A stretch of DNA of 35,251 bases from Spirochaetaceae bacterium. Lineage in GTDB: Bacteria > Spirochaetota > Spirochaetia > DSM-27196 > SLAA01. The stretch lies in contig PUNW01000166.1 of the NCBI GenBank assembly GCA_003552665.1, forward strand, positions 1 to 35,251, written 5' to 3'. Each line of letters begins with the position of its first letter. Position 1 is the stretch's first letter. A program made the translations under genes and the position numbers. The notes beneath the pieces are model-generated. The model was not told where the DNA came from, did not search any database, and saw only the letters and a list, made by a program, of their open reading frames with translations. This document shows, piece by piece, positions 15,626 through 24,168 of this stretch.

Positions 15626-16876
15626 CTACTGCCCGAAGATCATCCCGCCGATATCGGAGCGGCACCATGCTCCCTCGAACCTCACATTCTTGACGGCAGC
15701 ATAGGCAGTGCTCCGCGCTTCGAGAAGCTCTCGCCCGAGCCCCACGACCGTGAAACAGCGGCCGCTTCCGGTCAATACGCGGTCGCCGTCGGTAGTTGTG
15801 CCGGCGTGAAACACCATCAGCTCCTTGCGGTTATCAAGGGGAAGCTCGTCCACCGGTATCGCCCGGCGGTAAGAACCGGGGTACCCAGGGCTGGCAAGCA
15901 CCACGCCGAGCGCGGTCTTGGTGGACAGCTCCAGCGGAAAATCGGCCAGTTTGCCCTCAACCATGGCTTCGCAGAGGTTTCCGAAATCGCTCTTGATCAA
16001 CGGCAGGACGACCTGCGCCTCAGGATCTCCGAATCGCACGTTGTACTCCAACACCTTCGGCCCGTCGTCGGTTATCATCAGCCCGAAATAGAGCACCCCG
16101 ACGTACTGCAACCCCTCGAGCTCGAGGCCCGCAAAAGTGGGGTTAACCACGCGCACGCGCACCTCCTCGAGCAGTTCAGGCGTTACCCACGGAACCGGAC
16201 AGATAGCTCCCATTCCGCCCGTATTCGGACCGGTCCCGCCGTCGCCCGCCTTCTTGTAATCCGCGCAGGGAGGAAGCAGTGTGTAGCTCGTTCCGTCGGT
16301 GAGCGCAAATATCGTGATTTCATAACCCGATAGGCGTTCTTCGACCAGAATCTGATCGTCCTGCAGAATCGTGCGCGCGAAGGCGATCATCTCGTCCTTA
16401 TCGTCGGTCTCGAGCACGCCTTTGCCTTCCGCGAGTCCGCTTTTCTTGATTACCACCGGACGCTCGAGGCTCTGGACATGCTCCTCGAACGCATCGATAT
16501 CGCTGAAGACCGCCGCTTCGGCAGTCGCAACTCCGTGGCGCCTCATGAAATCCTTGGAGATCGTTTTACTCGCTTCCAACTGGGCCGCGGCCGCCGTCGC
16601 ACCGACGGCCGGAATGCCGGCCTCCTGCAACGCATCCACGACTCCAGCCGCAAGCGGCGCTTCCCCCCCCACGAACACGAGATCGATCCGTTCTCGCCGG
16701 CAGACGTTGATCAGCGCCGCGGCGTCGGTCTCGGAGATTTCAGGGAAGTTGGTCGCAAGCTCGTTCGTGCCGGCGTTGCCCGGCACGCAGTAGAGCCCCG
16801 AGATGCGGAAGCTACGCGAAAACTTCCAGGTCAGCGCATGCTCTCGCGCTCCTCGCCCGAGAATCAACGCTCTCAT
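15626..16876 (-). CDS. purD: Phosphoribosylamine--glycine ligase
   Basis: GRGAREHAL, PGNAG, GPNTGGMGA, LEYNVRFGDPEAQ, VFHAGT. Confidence 0.97.
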   Translation of the reverse strand: MRALILGRGAREHALTWKFSRSFRISGLYCVPGNAGTNELATNFPEISETDAAALINVCRRERIDLVFVGGEAPLAAGVVDALQEAGIPAVGATAAAAQLEASKTISKDFMRRHGVATAEAAVFSDIDAFEEHVQSLERPVVIKKSGLAEGKGVLETDDKDEMIAFARTILQDDQILVEERLSGYEITIFALTDGTSYTLLPPCADYKKAGDGGTGPNTGGMGAICPVPWVTPELLEEVRVRVVNPTFAGLELEGLQYVGVLYFGLMITDDGPKVLEYNVRFGDPEAQVVLPLIKSDFGNLCEAMVEGKLADFPLELSTKTALGVVLASPGYPGSYRRAIPVDELPLDNRKELMVFHAGTTTDGDRVLTGSGRCFTVVGLGRELLEARSTAYAAVKNVRFEGAWCRSDIGGMIFGQ

Positions 16877-17454
16877 ACGGTTGCCCCCTGTGACCAGTGA
16901 TCGAGCAGATCATGGACTACTTTCGGATACCAGTAGTGCTCGAGCGCGTGGATACGCTCGCACGCTGCCTGCAGATCGGCGACTTCAGACCGGTTGAACG
17001 ATCGTTGCACAATGATAGGACCGGTATCAACGCCGTAATCCACGAAGTGGATCGTGATTCCAAGCTCAGTATCACCGGAATTAAAACTATTTTCAATTGC
17101 TCCCACGCCGGCATGGCGGGGGAGAAGGGAAGGATGAATATTGACGATCCGCTGTGGAAACCGGTCGATGATCGTGGGGGTGAGGATCTTCATAAAACCG
17201 GCAAGCGCAATCATATGACACTCGCGACGATCGAGCTCGTCGATTATCTCGCGTTCGACCTCGCTTCGGGCGCGACGCGGGCGGTAGTCTGCATGGTAGA
17301 CCGCGATATCGCGCTCGTGCGCCCGTTCGACCACCGGCGCGTCAGGCTTGTCGGTGACCAGCACCGCAACGCGATGCGGGCCTCCCGCGAGCGCATCGGC
17401 GATTGCGACGAAGTTACTCCCGGTGCCGGAAGCGAATATCGCGAGGTTAGCCAT
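16873..17454 (-). CDS. purN: Phosphoribosylglycinamide formyltransferase
   Basis: FASGTGSNF, LAGFMKIL, NIHPSLLP, GVDTGPII; ATG overlaps the purM stop. Confidence 0.96.
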   Translation of the reverse strand: MANLAIFASGTGSNFVAIADALAGGPHRVAVLVTDKPDAPVVERAHERDIAVYHADYRPRRARSEVEREIIDELDRRECHMIALAGFMKILTPTIIDRFPQRIVNIHPSLLPRHAGVGAIENSFNSGDTELGITIHFVDYGVDTGPIIVQRSFNRSEVADLQAACERIHALEHYWYPKVVHDLLDHWSQGATV

Positions 17455-18484
17455 CGACCAGCTCACCAATATTCCACACAGTCACATCACAAGCCTCGGC
17501 GGCTTTGCGTACTGCACCTTCATCCGCGCCGGGAACAACCACGACCATCCCGATTCCCATGTTGAAGACGCGGCGCATCTCGTCCTGCGAAACCTCACCG
17601 TCCTCGGCAATCTGACGGAAGACCGGCGGCACATGCCAGTCCCAGCGAAACTGCGGTTTCAGGTGGCCGGGAAGAACGCGCTGCGTGTTTGCGACCAGCC
17701 CGCCGCCGGTCACGTGAGCCGCACCGGTGACTCCCCCGGCGGCAAGCAGCGCTTCGAGTTCCTTCGTGTAGATGATCGTAGGTTCGAGCAGCGCGCGGCG
17801 CAGCTCGTCGGCACGCTGACGGGCGTCGTGATCCTGTCCGGCGCCGGCCTCGATTCGGGTGAGGACACGGCGCGCCAGGCTGAGCCCGTTGGAGTGAACG
17901 CCGGAAGAGGGCAGGCCCAGCAGACAATCCCCGGCCTGCATCCGGTTCGGCTGCGGCAGGACCCTGTCACGCTCGGCGATACCGACCGCGAAGCCGGCGA
18001 TGTCGAATCCGCGAGCACCGTAGAGGTCCGGCATTTCGGCGGTCTCGCCCCCGACCAGTCGACACCCGGCGATCTCGCACCCTCGTACGATACCCTCCAT
18101 GAGCGGCTCGAGCACAGTCGGTTCCACCCGTTCGCAGGCGATATAGTCCAGGAACGCCAGCGGTTGCGCCCCGCACACGATCAGATCGTTGACGCACATT
18201 GCGACCAGATCGATCCCCAGGGTATCGTAGCGCTCGAGCTGTTGAGCAATCAGCAGTTTGGTTCCCACGCCGTCGGTGGCCGAAAATAACACCGGCCGCC
18301 GGTAACCGTGGAGGTCCAGCTCGAGTCCGCCTGCGAACCCGCCGAGATCCGCTCCCACCACGCGCGGATTCAGGCTGCGAATGAACTCGGCAAATGCATC
18401 GCCGCGCTCGATACTGACGCCGGCCGCTTCATAGTCCAGCGGCCGGTCACTGCGGGGCTGCGACATCTGTTGGTGTCCGCTCAT
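17447..18484 (-). CDS. purM: Phosphoribosylformylglycinamidine cyclo-ligase
   Basis: TDGVGTKL, IDLVAMCVND, GGETAEMP, SSGVHSNG, FNMGIG. Confidence 0.97.
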   Translation of the reverse strand: MSGHQQMSQPRSDRPLDYEAAGVSIERGDAFAEFIRSLNPRVVGADLGGFAGGLELDLHGYRRPVLFSATDGVGTKLLIAQQLERYDTLGIDLVAMCVNDLIVCGAQPLAFLDYIACERVEPTVLEPLMEGIVRGCEIAGCRLVGGETAEMPDLYGARGFDIAGFAVGIAERDRVLPQPNRMQAGDCLLGLPSSGVHSNGLSLARRVLTRIEAGAGQDHDARQRADELRRALLEPTIIYTKELEALLAAGGVTGAAHVTGGGLVANTQRVLPGHLKPQFRWDWHVPPVFRQIAEDGEVSQDEMRRVFNMGIGMVVVVPGADEGAVRKAAEACDVTVWNIGELVDG

Positions 18485-18486
18485 TG

Positions 18487-19953
18487 TTATTCCTGCTCGG
18501 CGGCTCCGAGATCGGCGATCTCCATAGCCTTTCTCATCTCGCGCAAGTCACGCTCTCGACCGACCGCAAGCTCTTCTTGAGTCAGCGGTACATCGATGGG
18601 GTATGCCCCCGAAAAACAAGCATAGCAGTATGCATTCGGCGTGTTAAGACAGCTCTGTAGCTCATCGAGCGAGAGGAAGCGGACCGAATCAGCATGTGTA
18701 AACCGGGCGATCTCGTCCGGCATCATCGCGTTGGAAATCAGTTGTTTGCGCGTCGGGATATCGATTCCGAAAAAACAGGGCCAGCGGATTTCAGGGGAAC
18801 AGAGTCTGAGATGCACCTCGGTTGCTCCAACCTCGCGCACCAGGCGTACGAGCATCCGCGCCGTGGTCCCTCGCACCAGCGAGTCATCCACCAGGACTAC
18901 GCGTCGGCCCTCAATAACATCGCGTACCGGATGCAGCTTCATGCGTACCGCCAGGTCCCGTTCGGCAGTGGTGGGCATGATGAACGAGCGCCCGGCGTAG
19001 TGATTGCGAGTCAGGCCGAACTCCAACGTGATGCCTGATTGCTCGGCGTAGCCCAGCGCGGCGCTGTTTCCGGAGTCCGGTATCGGCACTACCACGTCGG
19101 CCTCAACTGCGTCGGCGGCAGCGAGCGCGCGGCCCATCGCCTTGCGAGCGGCGTGCACCGAGTGGCCGAACACTACAGAGTCCGGACGAGCGAAGTAGAT
19201 TAGCTCGAAGACACAGCGGGATTCGTTCTCCTGCTTGCGAACCTGCTCGCTGCGCGAGCCGAGGTGATCCACGATCAGGATCTCTCCCGGCACGAGCTCG
19301 CGATAGCCGCGGACGCGCAGGATATCCAGCGCGCAGGTTTCCGAGGCGACCACGGTCATTCCATCCTGCTCACCGACGTACAGCGGCCGGAACCCGCTGG
19401 GGTCGCGCACCGCTACCAGGGTGTCGTCGTGCATCAGCACCATGCTGTAGGCACCTTCGACCTCCGGCAGGATTTCGTGCAGCGCTTCCAGGAAGCTCTG
19501 TGCCCGCGAGCGCGACAGCAGGTGCAGCAGTAGCTCGGAATCGGAGCTGGTTTGGAAAATTGAGCCCTCATCGAACAGGCGCCGTTTGATCTCCGGCATG
19601 TTGGCGATGTTGCCGTTGTGCGCCAGCGCGATCTCACCCTTGTTGCAGTTGACCAGAATCGGCTGAGCGTTCTCGAGCTTGTTGCCGCCGTGCGTGGAGT
19701 AACGCACATGGCCGATTCCGACGTGACATAACCGCTCGCGTTCGAGATACCGCGAGAGCACGGTCGAGACCATGCCGAGGTCTTTGTACACCACACTGTG
19801 CCCATCCTTACGATAGGCGACACCGGTGCTTTCCTGCCCCCGGTGTTGCAGGGCAAACAGCGTGAAGAAGAGCTTCTCGGGAATATTGATGGGGTCGCGG
19901 GAGTGGACCGCCGCGACACCGCACTCATGCTCGATACCATCTGAGTAGAACAC
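18487..19953 (-). CDS. purF: Amidophosphoribosyltransferase (propeptide plus [4Fe-4S] type)
   Basis: HE-CGV nucleophile after a short propeptide, LQHRGQES, HVRYST, VDDSLVRGTT, Cys ligands CVFE / PCFFGID / CYAC. Confidence 0.97.
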   Translation of the reverse strand: MFYSDGIEHECGVAAVHSRDPINIPEKLFFTLFALQHRGQESTGVAYRKDGHSVVYKDLGMVSTVLSRYLERERLCHVGIGHVRYSTHGGNKLENAQPILVNCNKGEIALAHNGNIANMPEIKRRLFDEGSIFQTSSDSELLLHLLSRSRAQSFLEALHEILPEVEGAYSMVLMHDDTLVAVRDPSGFRPLYVGEQDGMTVVASETCALDILRVRGYRELVPGEILIVDHLGSRSEQVRKQENESRCVFELIYFARPDSVVFGHSVHAARKAMGRALAAADAVEADVVVPIPDSGNSAALGYAEQSGITLEFGLTRNHYAGRSFIMPTTAERDLAVRMKLHPVRDVIEGRRVVLVDDSLVRGTTARMLVRLVREVGATEVHLRLCSPEIRWPCFFGIDIPTRKQLISNAMMPDEIARFTHADSVRFLSLDELQSCLNTPNAYCYACFSGAYPIDVPLTQEELAVGRERDLREMRKAMEIADLGAAEQE

Positions 19954-19959
19954 TCTACC

Positions 19960-19988
19960 GGTATAGCAGCATCCCCTCAGAGGGTCAA
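19960..19988 (-). promoter_or_regulatory. Putative purF promoter (leaderless geometry)
   Basis: TTGACC-17 bp-TATACC, then 6 nt, then the GTG start. Confidence 0.55.
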
Positions 19989-20036
19989 CATCCCGCCTGC
20001 GTCGAGATTACTCCGCCCGGCAGGTGCGCTTGCCGC

Positions 20037-20813
20037 TCAGGAGGCGTTGAGCCCGAACAGCTTGACGGTATTGGCGTAGATCTGTTCGGTCACCTCTTCG
20101 AGCGGCTGTTCGCGCAGCTCGGCGATGAAGCGTGCGGTCTCCTTGAGATACGCCGGCTTATTACGCTGACCCCGGTAGGTCGCCGGAACCATGAACGGGC
20201 TCTCCGATTCAATCAGCATGCGGTCGAGCGGCATCTTCTTCGCCGTCTCATGCAGGTTTCGCGCATTCCGATAGGTTACGTTCCCGGCAAACGAGATATA
20301 GAGGTTGAGCTCGAGTGCCTCTTGCGCGTAGGCCCAGTCTTCGCTGTAACAGTGCAGTACGCCTCCGCGCGACGGGAGCTTCTCCTTCAAAATTTCGAGC
20401 ACGTCCTTGCCGGCGTCACGATTGTGAATGACGACCGGGAAATTGAGCCGCTGGGCCAACTCCAGCTGCCGGATGAACAGCTCGATCTGCGCGTCACGGT
20501 TTCCGAACTTGCGGTAATAGTCGAGCCCGGTTTCACCGATTGCGACGACGCGCCCGAGTTTGGTACCTTCTTCGATCTTCGATTCCCAATCGCGTCCGGG
20601 GTTCATCACCTCGGAAGGTGACACTCCTACGCTATGGTACACGTGAGACGCGGTCTTGAGGTTCTCATAGATCTGAAAGAAGTCGTACAGGTTGTTGCAG
20701 ATGCTGAGGATGCCCTCCACCTGCTCCTGCTTTGCTTCTTGAACTACAATCAATTGCTCGATTGGGTCTTCGTGGATCAGCCCAATATGAGCATGGGAAT
20801 CAAAGAGTTTCAT
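20037..20813 (-). CDS. tatD: TatD-family hydrolase/nuclease
   Basis: DSHAH, AIGETGLDYY, IHNRDA, LHCYS, ISFAGNVTY. Confidence 0.93.
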   Translation of the reverse strand: MKLFDSHAHIGLIHEDPIEQLIVVQEAKQEQVEGILSICNNLYDFFQIYENLKTASHVYHSVGVSPSEVMNPGRDWESKIEEGTKLGRVVAIGETGLDYYRKFGNRDAQIELFIRQLELAQRLNFPVVIHNRDAGKDVLEILKEKLPSRGGVLHCYSEDWAYAQEALELNLYISFAGNVTYRNARNLHETAKKMPLDRMLIESESPFMVPATYRGQRNKPAYLKETARFIAELREQPLEEVTEQIYANTVKLFGLNAS

Positions 20814-21026
20814 GTCGGTTTCTCTACGATTGATTAAGATTCCGTATGGAAGCTGGCTTCCTACAGCTTCTACGGTACTACACGCTTGTCATTCCGTCAA
20901 TCAAAACAAAGGGTTTCGTCCGATTTGACAAACGAACTGAGCACGTGATACGCTTAAGTTCCGACAACGGCGCCTTTTAGAGACCGTTATCCTTATATGG
21001 ACGCAGTGTAACCTGGAAGTGCAACT

Positions 21027-22055
21027 ATGGCAAGACGCGGACTCCGCGGTGGCTTTCTCGGTTTGGTCGGGATCTTCACCCACAGTATTCGATATCGCAG
21101 CGCCCGGGCTGTGCGAGCAATCGCTGGGATCGCGCGCAAGCGCTTCACCATTATGCTCATCCCGCATTCGCAGCGGGGCTCGCTCAATCTGCAGGTCAAC
21201 GTGATCGTTTTGGTCGTGGTCGTGCTGGCGGCCGTAGGCCTCGTATCCAGTTTTTTCTACTACAGCACCATGTACACCGGCTCGTCACGATTGGTTTCCC
21301 ATCAGAGTCGCGAGATCGAGCGTACCGAGCGGGAGCTTGAGGCGGTGGAGAGCGAGTTAAACGAGGTCATCAAGAGCGCGCGGTTGTTCGACGGTACGCT
21401 GCAGACAACGCTGCGGAATCTCGGCCTCAGCTATCCGGGGGAAGAAGGCCCGCGCCCCGACGGTAGCGGGGATCTCGAGCGTGACATGGTGGTCGAGCAG
21501 GTTGAGCCGGGCGAAACCCCGCAGGTGCAGGAGATACGGCAGTTAGCCTCGTTCATGGAGCGCGCCGTGGATCCGCTTGAGGAAATCCGCAAAGTGCTCG
21601 GTGATCAGAAAGACCTTCTCGCCGATCTGCCGAACTTCTGGCCGGTTGAAGGGGGTACGGGTCGAGTGGTGATGGAGTTCGGTCCAAACCGCCACCCCAT
21701 AACGGACCAGTGGTACATTCACAAGGGCTTTGATATCGCAGCGCCGGTCGGAACCCCAATCGTGGCCAGCGCTAACGGCAAGGTAGTGGAGATCGGCTTT
21801 GATCCCACCTATGGGCTCTACGTTTGGCTCCGCCACAAGTACGGCTTTCGGACGAGGTATGCGCATTTGCAGAGCATCGCCGTCTCGGAGGGGCAGCAGG
21901 TGTTTCAAGGCGAGCATATCGGCACGCTTGGGAACACCGGGCGCGGTTCCGGATCGAGCCTGTATTTCCAGATCTGGGTCGGTACCGACGTGGTCGATCC
22001 GGCGGCCTTTCTGAAGATCTCCAACGAGTTTGCATATCTCGGTAATATGCGATAA
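21027..22055 (+). CDS. Membrane-anchored M23/LytM-domain protein (second zinc motif degenerate)
   Basis: TM plus coiled coil plus HKGFDIAAPVGTPIVASANG, TRYAHL; GNTGRGSGSSLYF in place of the usual HLH. Confidence 0.9.
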   Translation: MARRGLRGGFLGLVGIFTHSIRYRSARAVRAIAGIARKRFTIMLIPHSQRGSLNLQVNVIVLVVVVLAAVGLVSSFFYYSTMYTGSSRLVSHQSREIERTERELEAVESELNEVIKSARLFDGTLQTTLRNLGLSYPGEEGPRPDGSGDLERDMVVEQVEPGETPQVQEIRQLASFMERAVDPLEEIRKVLGDQKDLLADLPNFWPVEGGTGRVVMEFGPNRHPITDQWYIHKGFDIAAPVGTPIVASANGKVVEIGFDPTYGLYVWLRHKYGFRTRYAHLQSIAVSEGQQVFQGEHIGTLGNTGRGSGSSLYFQIWVGTDVVDPAAFLKISNEFAYLGNMR

Positions 22056-22082
22056 GGTCGATAAGCAGGTAGACGGAGCTCC

Positions 22083-22583
22083 ATGAAGCGGAACGACAAG
22101 CTGACGGCAGACGACTCGTTCGTCAACTCAATAATCGGCGAAGGCACCCACTTTCGCGGCCATTTGGAGCTCTCGGGGCTTCTGCGCATCGACGGCGATT
22201 TTTCGGGGTCAATCCGTACCAGCGGAAAGGTGATCATTGGTAAGAACGGCAGGGCGGACTGCACGATCGACGCCGGCACGGTGGTCGTGGGCGGCGCGAT
22301 TCGCGGCAATATCTATGCCGAAGAACGAGTCATCGTGCTAGCATCGGCTCTGTTGCTCGGGAATATCTACGCTCCGAAGCTCGTGATCGAGGAAGGGGTG
22401 ATTCTCGACGGGCACTGCGAGATTACCGGGCAGTCTCCGGCGCGCTCGGCTATTCCGGGGGCGGGTCGGGGTATGCTCTCCGGCGCTAACCGGTCGACGC
22501 TCCCGTTCGGCGGCAGCGAGTCGGTCTCGAAGCCCGGCTATGCTGAAGGGGCCCATCAGCCCGCAGCACGAGCCGGCCAGTAA
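22083..22583 (+). CDS. Bactofilin (polymer-forming cytoskeletal protein)
   Basis: SIIGEGTHFRG, LRIDGDFSG, VVVGGAIRGNI, LVIEEGVILDG. Confidence 0.93.
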   Translation: MKRNDKLTADDSFVNSIIGEGTHFRGHLELSGLLRIDGDFSGSIRTSGKVIIGKNGRADCTIDAGTVVVGGAIRGNIYAEERVIVLASALLLGNIYAPKLVIEEGVILDGHCEITGQSPARSAIPGAGRGMLSGANRSTLPFGGSESVSKPGYAEGAHQPAARAGQ

Positions 22584-22596
22584 GTGGAATGGCGCT

Positions 22597-23106
22597 ATGG
22601 AACGGATCGACAGCGGTGCCTTTTTTTCGCGGCCGAGCGGGCGCCGTGACGCTGGCGGCAAGAAGGGTAAGACCCGCAAGAGCGAGGCGGCGCCTCCCAG
22701 CTTTCTCAGTGCGTTGAGCAGCGTCGAGGAAACCGAAAAGAGTGAGGCGCCCGGGAACGTGACCGACGACAAGCAGACTGCCGCGGCCGAAGAGGCGCAG
22801 GCGCTGCTTGACGAGGTCCATCAGCGCGGAGATCAGCTCAAGCGCGAAATGACGTTGCAGGCGCTTGAACGGTATAAGAGGGCGGTGCAGGCGTTTCTGC
22901 GCTGCGTCGTTGAGCACGGGGTGGCCGTTCACGAATCAACGTCCGGAGCTCATGTCGCCAATCGCAAGCGTTTCACCTTAGTATCGGTGGTGAATACAAG
23001 GCTGGAACGCCTGGCAGCAGGGATGATGGCAACGCAGCGTGATCAGCTCGAAATTCTCGCCCGAGTGGCTGAGATTAACGGCATGCTGGTGAATCTGCTG
23101 CACTGA
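22597..23106 (+). CDS. YaaR/DUF327-family protein
   Basis: LLDEVHQRGDQL, YKRAVQAFL, Q..IL..V.EI.GMLVNL; upstream of YaaT. Confidence 0.8.
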   Translation: MERIDSGAFFSRPSGRRDAGGKKGKTRKSEAAPPSFLSALSSVEETEKSEAPGNVTDDKQTAAAEEAQALLDEVHQRGDQLKREMTLQALERYKRAVQAFLRCVVEHGVAVHESTSGAHVANRKRFTLVSVVNTRLERLAAGMMATQRDQLEILARVAEINGMLVNLLH

Positions 23107-23129
23107 GGCCGCACCTAGGAGAGTCCGAT

Positions 23130-24089
23130 ATGAGTGCAGACGTCCGTTTTGAGACGTTGTCACGATTGGAACCCGGCGAGTGCCGGGAGGAGATTTCACC
23201 CGAAGAGAAGTATGTGCTCGCGCGCGTTCTTCACAGCAACGAGACCGAGCTGTGCTTCAATCCGAGTGAGTTCAGGGTGGCACACAACGAGATCGTGGTG
23301 CTGCCGACGAAGTATGGAGTGGACCTTGGGATCGTGCTCGGATCGATCTCGCCCCACAACGCCGGCGCATGGAAAGAGACGCGCAGCATCAAGCGCATTG
23401 CTACCGAAAAAGATCGAGCCACTTATGGTGAGAATCTGGAGCGCGCCGAGGAGGCCCTTGAGATCTGCCGGCGGTGCGTGGAAGAGCACGGGCTCGATAT
23501 GAAGCTGGTCTCGGCGCACTACCTGTTGGAAGAGCCCAAGCTGTTGTTTTTCTTTACCGCTGACGGACGCGTTGATTTCCGCAGTCTCGTGAAGGATCTT
23601 GTCAGCCGCTTCCTCATGCGGATCGAGCTGCGCCAGATCGGGGTGCGCGATGAGTCTCGCGTGCTCGGCGGCCGCGGCGTTTGCGGCCGCGACTTCTGTT
23701 GTCACGGCCTTACGGACAAGCTCAGCCCGGTTTCGATCAAGATGGCCAAAACGCAGAGTCTGTCGCTCAACTCAATGAAGATATCAGGACCGTGCGGCCG
23801 GCTCCTATGCTGTCTTGCTTACGAGAACGACTATTACGTCTCGCAGAAGGCGAAGCTCCCGGATCTTGGGAACCGGATTGAGTTTGAGGACACCCAGTTT
23901 CGGGTCTGTGATATCAATGTTCTCACCAACCATGTCAAGCTAAGCGGCGAGGACGGGAGGTTGCTGACGCTTCCGGCCTGTCGCCTGCGCTACGATGAGC
24001 GCGCCCGCCGTTGGGTTGTGCGCGAGGAAGGCTGCCCCCGAGCCGAGAGCGACCGAGAGGACGAGGCTTCTCACAACCTGCAAGGCTGA
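23130..24089 (+). CDS. ricT: PSP1-domain protein (YaaT/RicT family)
   Basis: FFTADGRVDFR.LVKDL, RIELRQIGVRDE, CGRDFCC, KISGPCGRLLCCLAYE. Confidence 0.9.
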   Translation: MSADVRFETLSRLEPGECREEISPEEKYVLARVLHSNETELCFNPSEFRVAHNEIVVLPTKYGVDLGIVLGSISPHNAGAWKETRSIKRIATEKDRATYGENLERAEEALEICRRCVEEHGLDMKLVSAHYLLEEPKLLFFFTADGRVDFRSLVKDLVSRFLMRIELRQIGVRDESRVLGGRGVCGRDFCCHGLTDKLSPVSIKMAKTQSLSLNSMKISGPCGRLLCCLAYENDYYVSQKAKLPDLGNRIEFEDTQFRVCDINVLTNHVKLSGEDGRLLTLPACRLRYDERARRWVVREEGCPRAESDREDEASHNLQG

Positions 24090-24168
24090 GGCAGTACGAC
24101 TGAGCGTCCACGGCCGAGGGCCTGACGCCGTCACTCCTTCTGAGTTGAAACCGGACCGGGCACTGCGC

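Noticed and set aside
15584-19533. Long plus-strand ORFs antisense to purDNMF (similarly 26677-27861, 33768-34544, 4843-5403)
   Set aside because: These are shadow ORFs caused by high-GC codon bias; they have no recognisable motifs.
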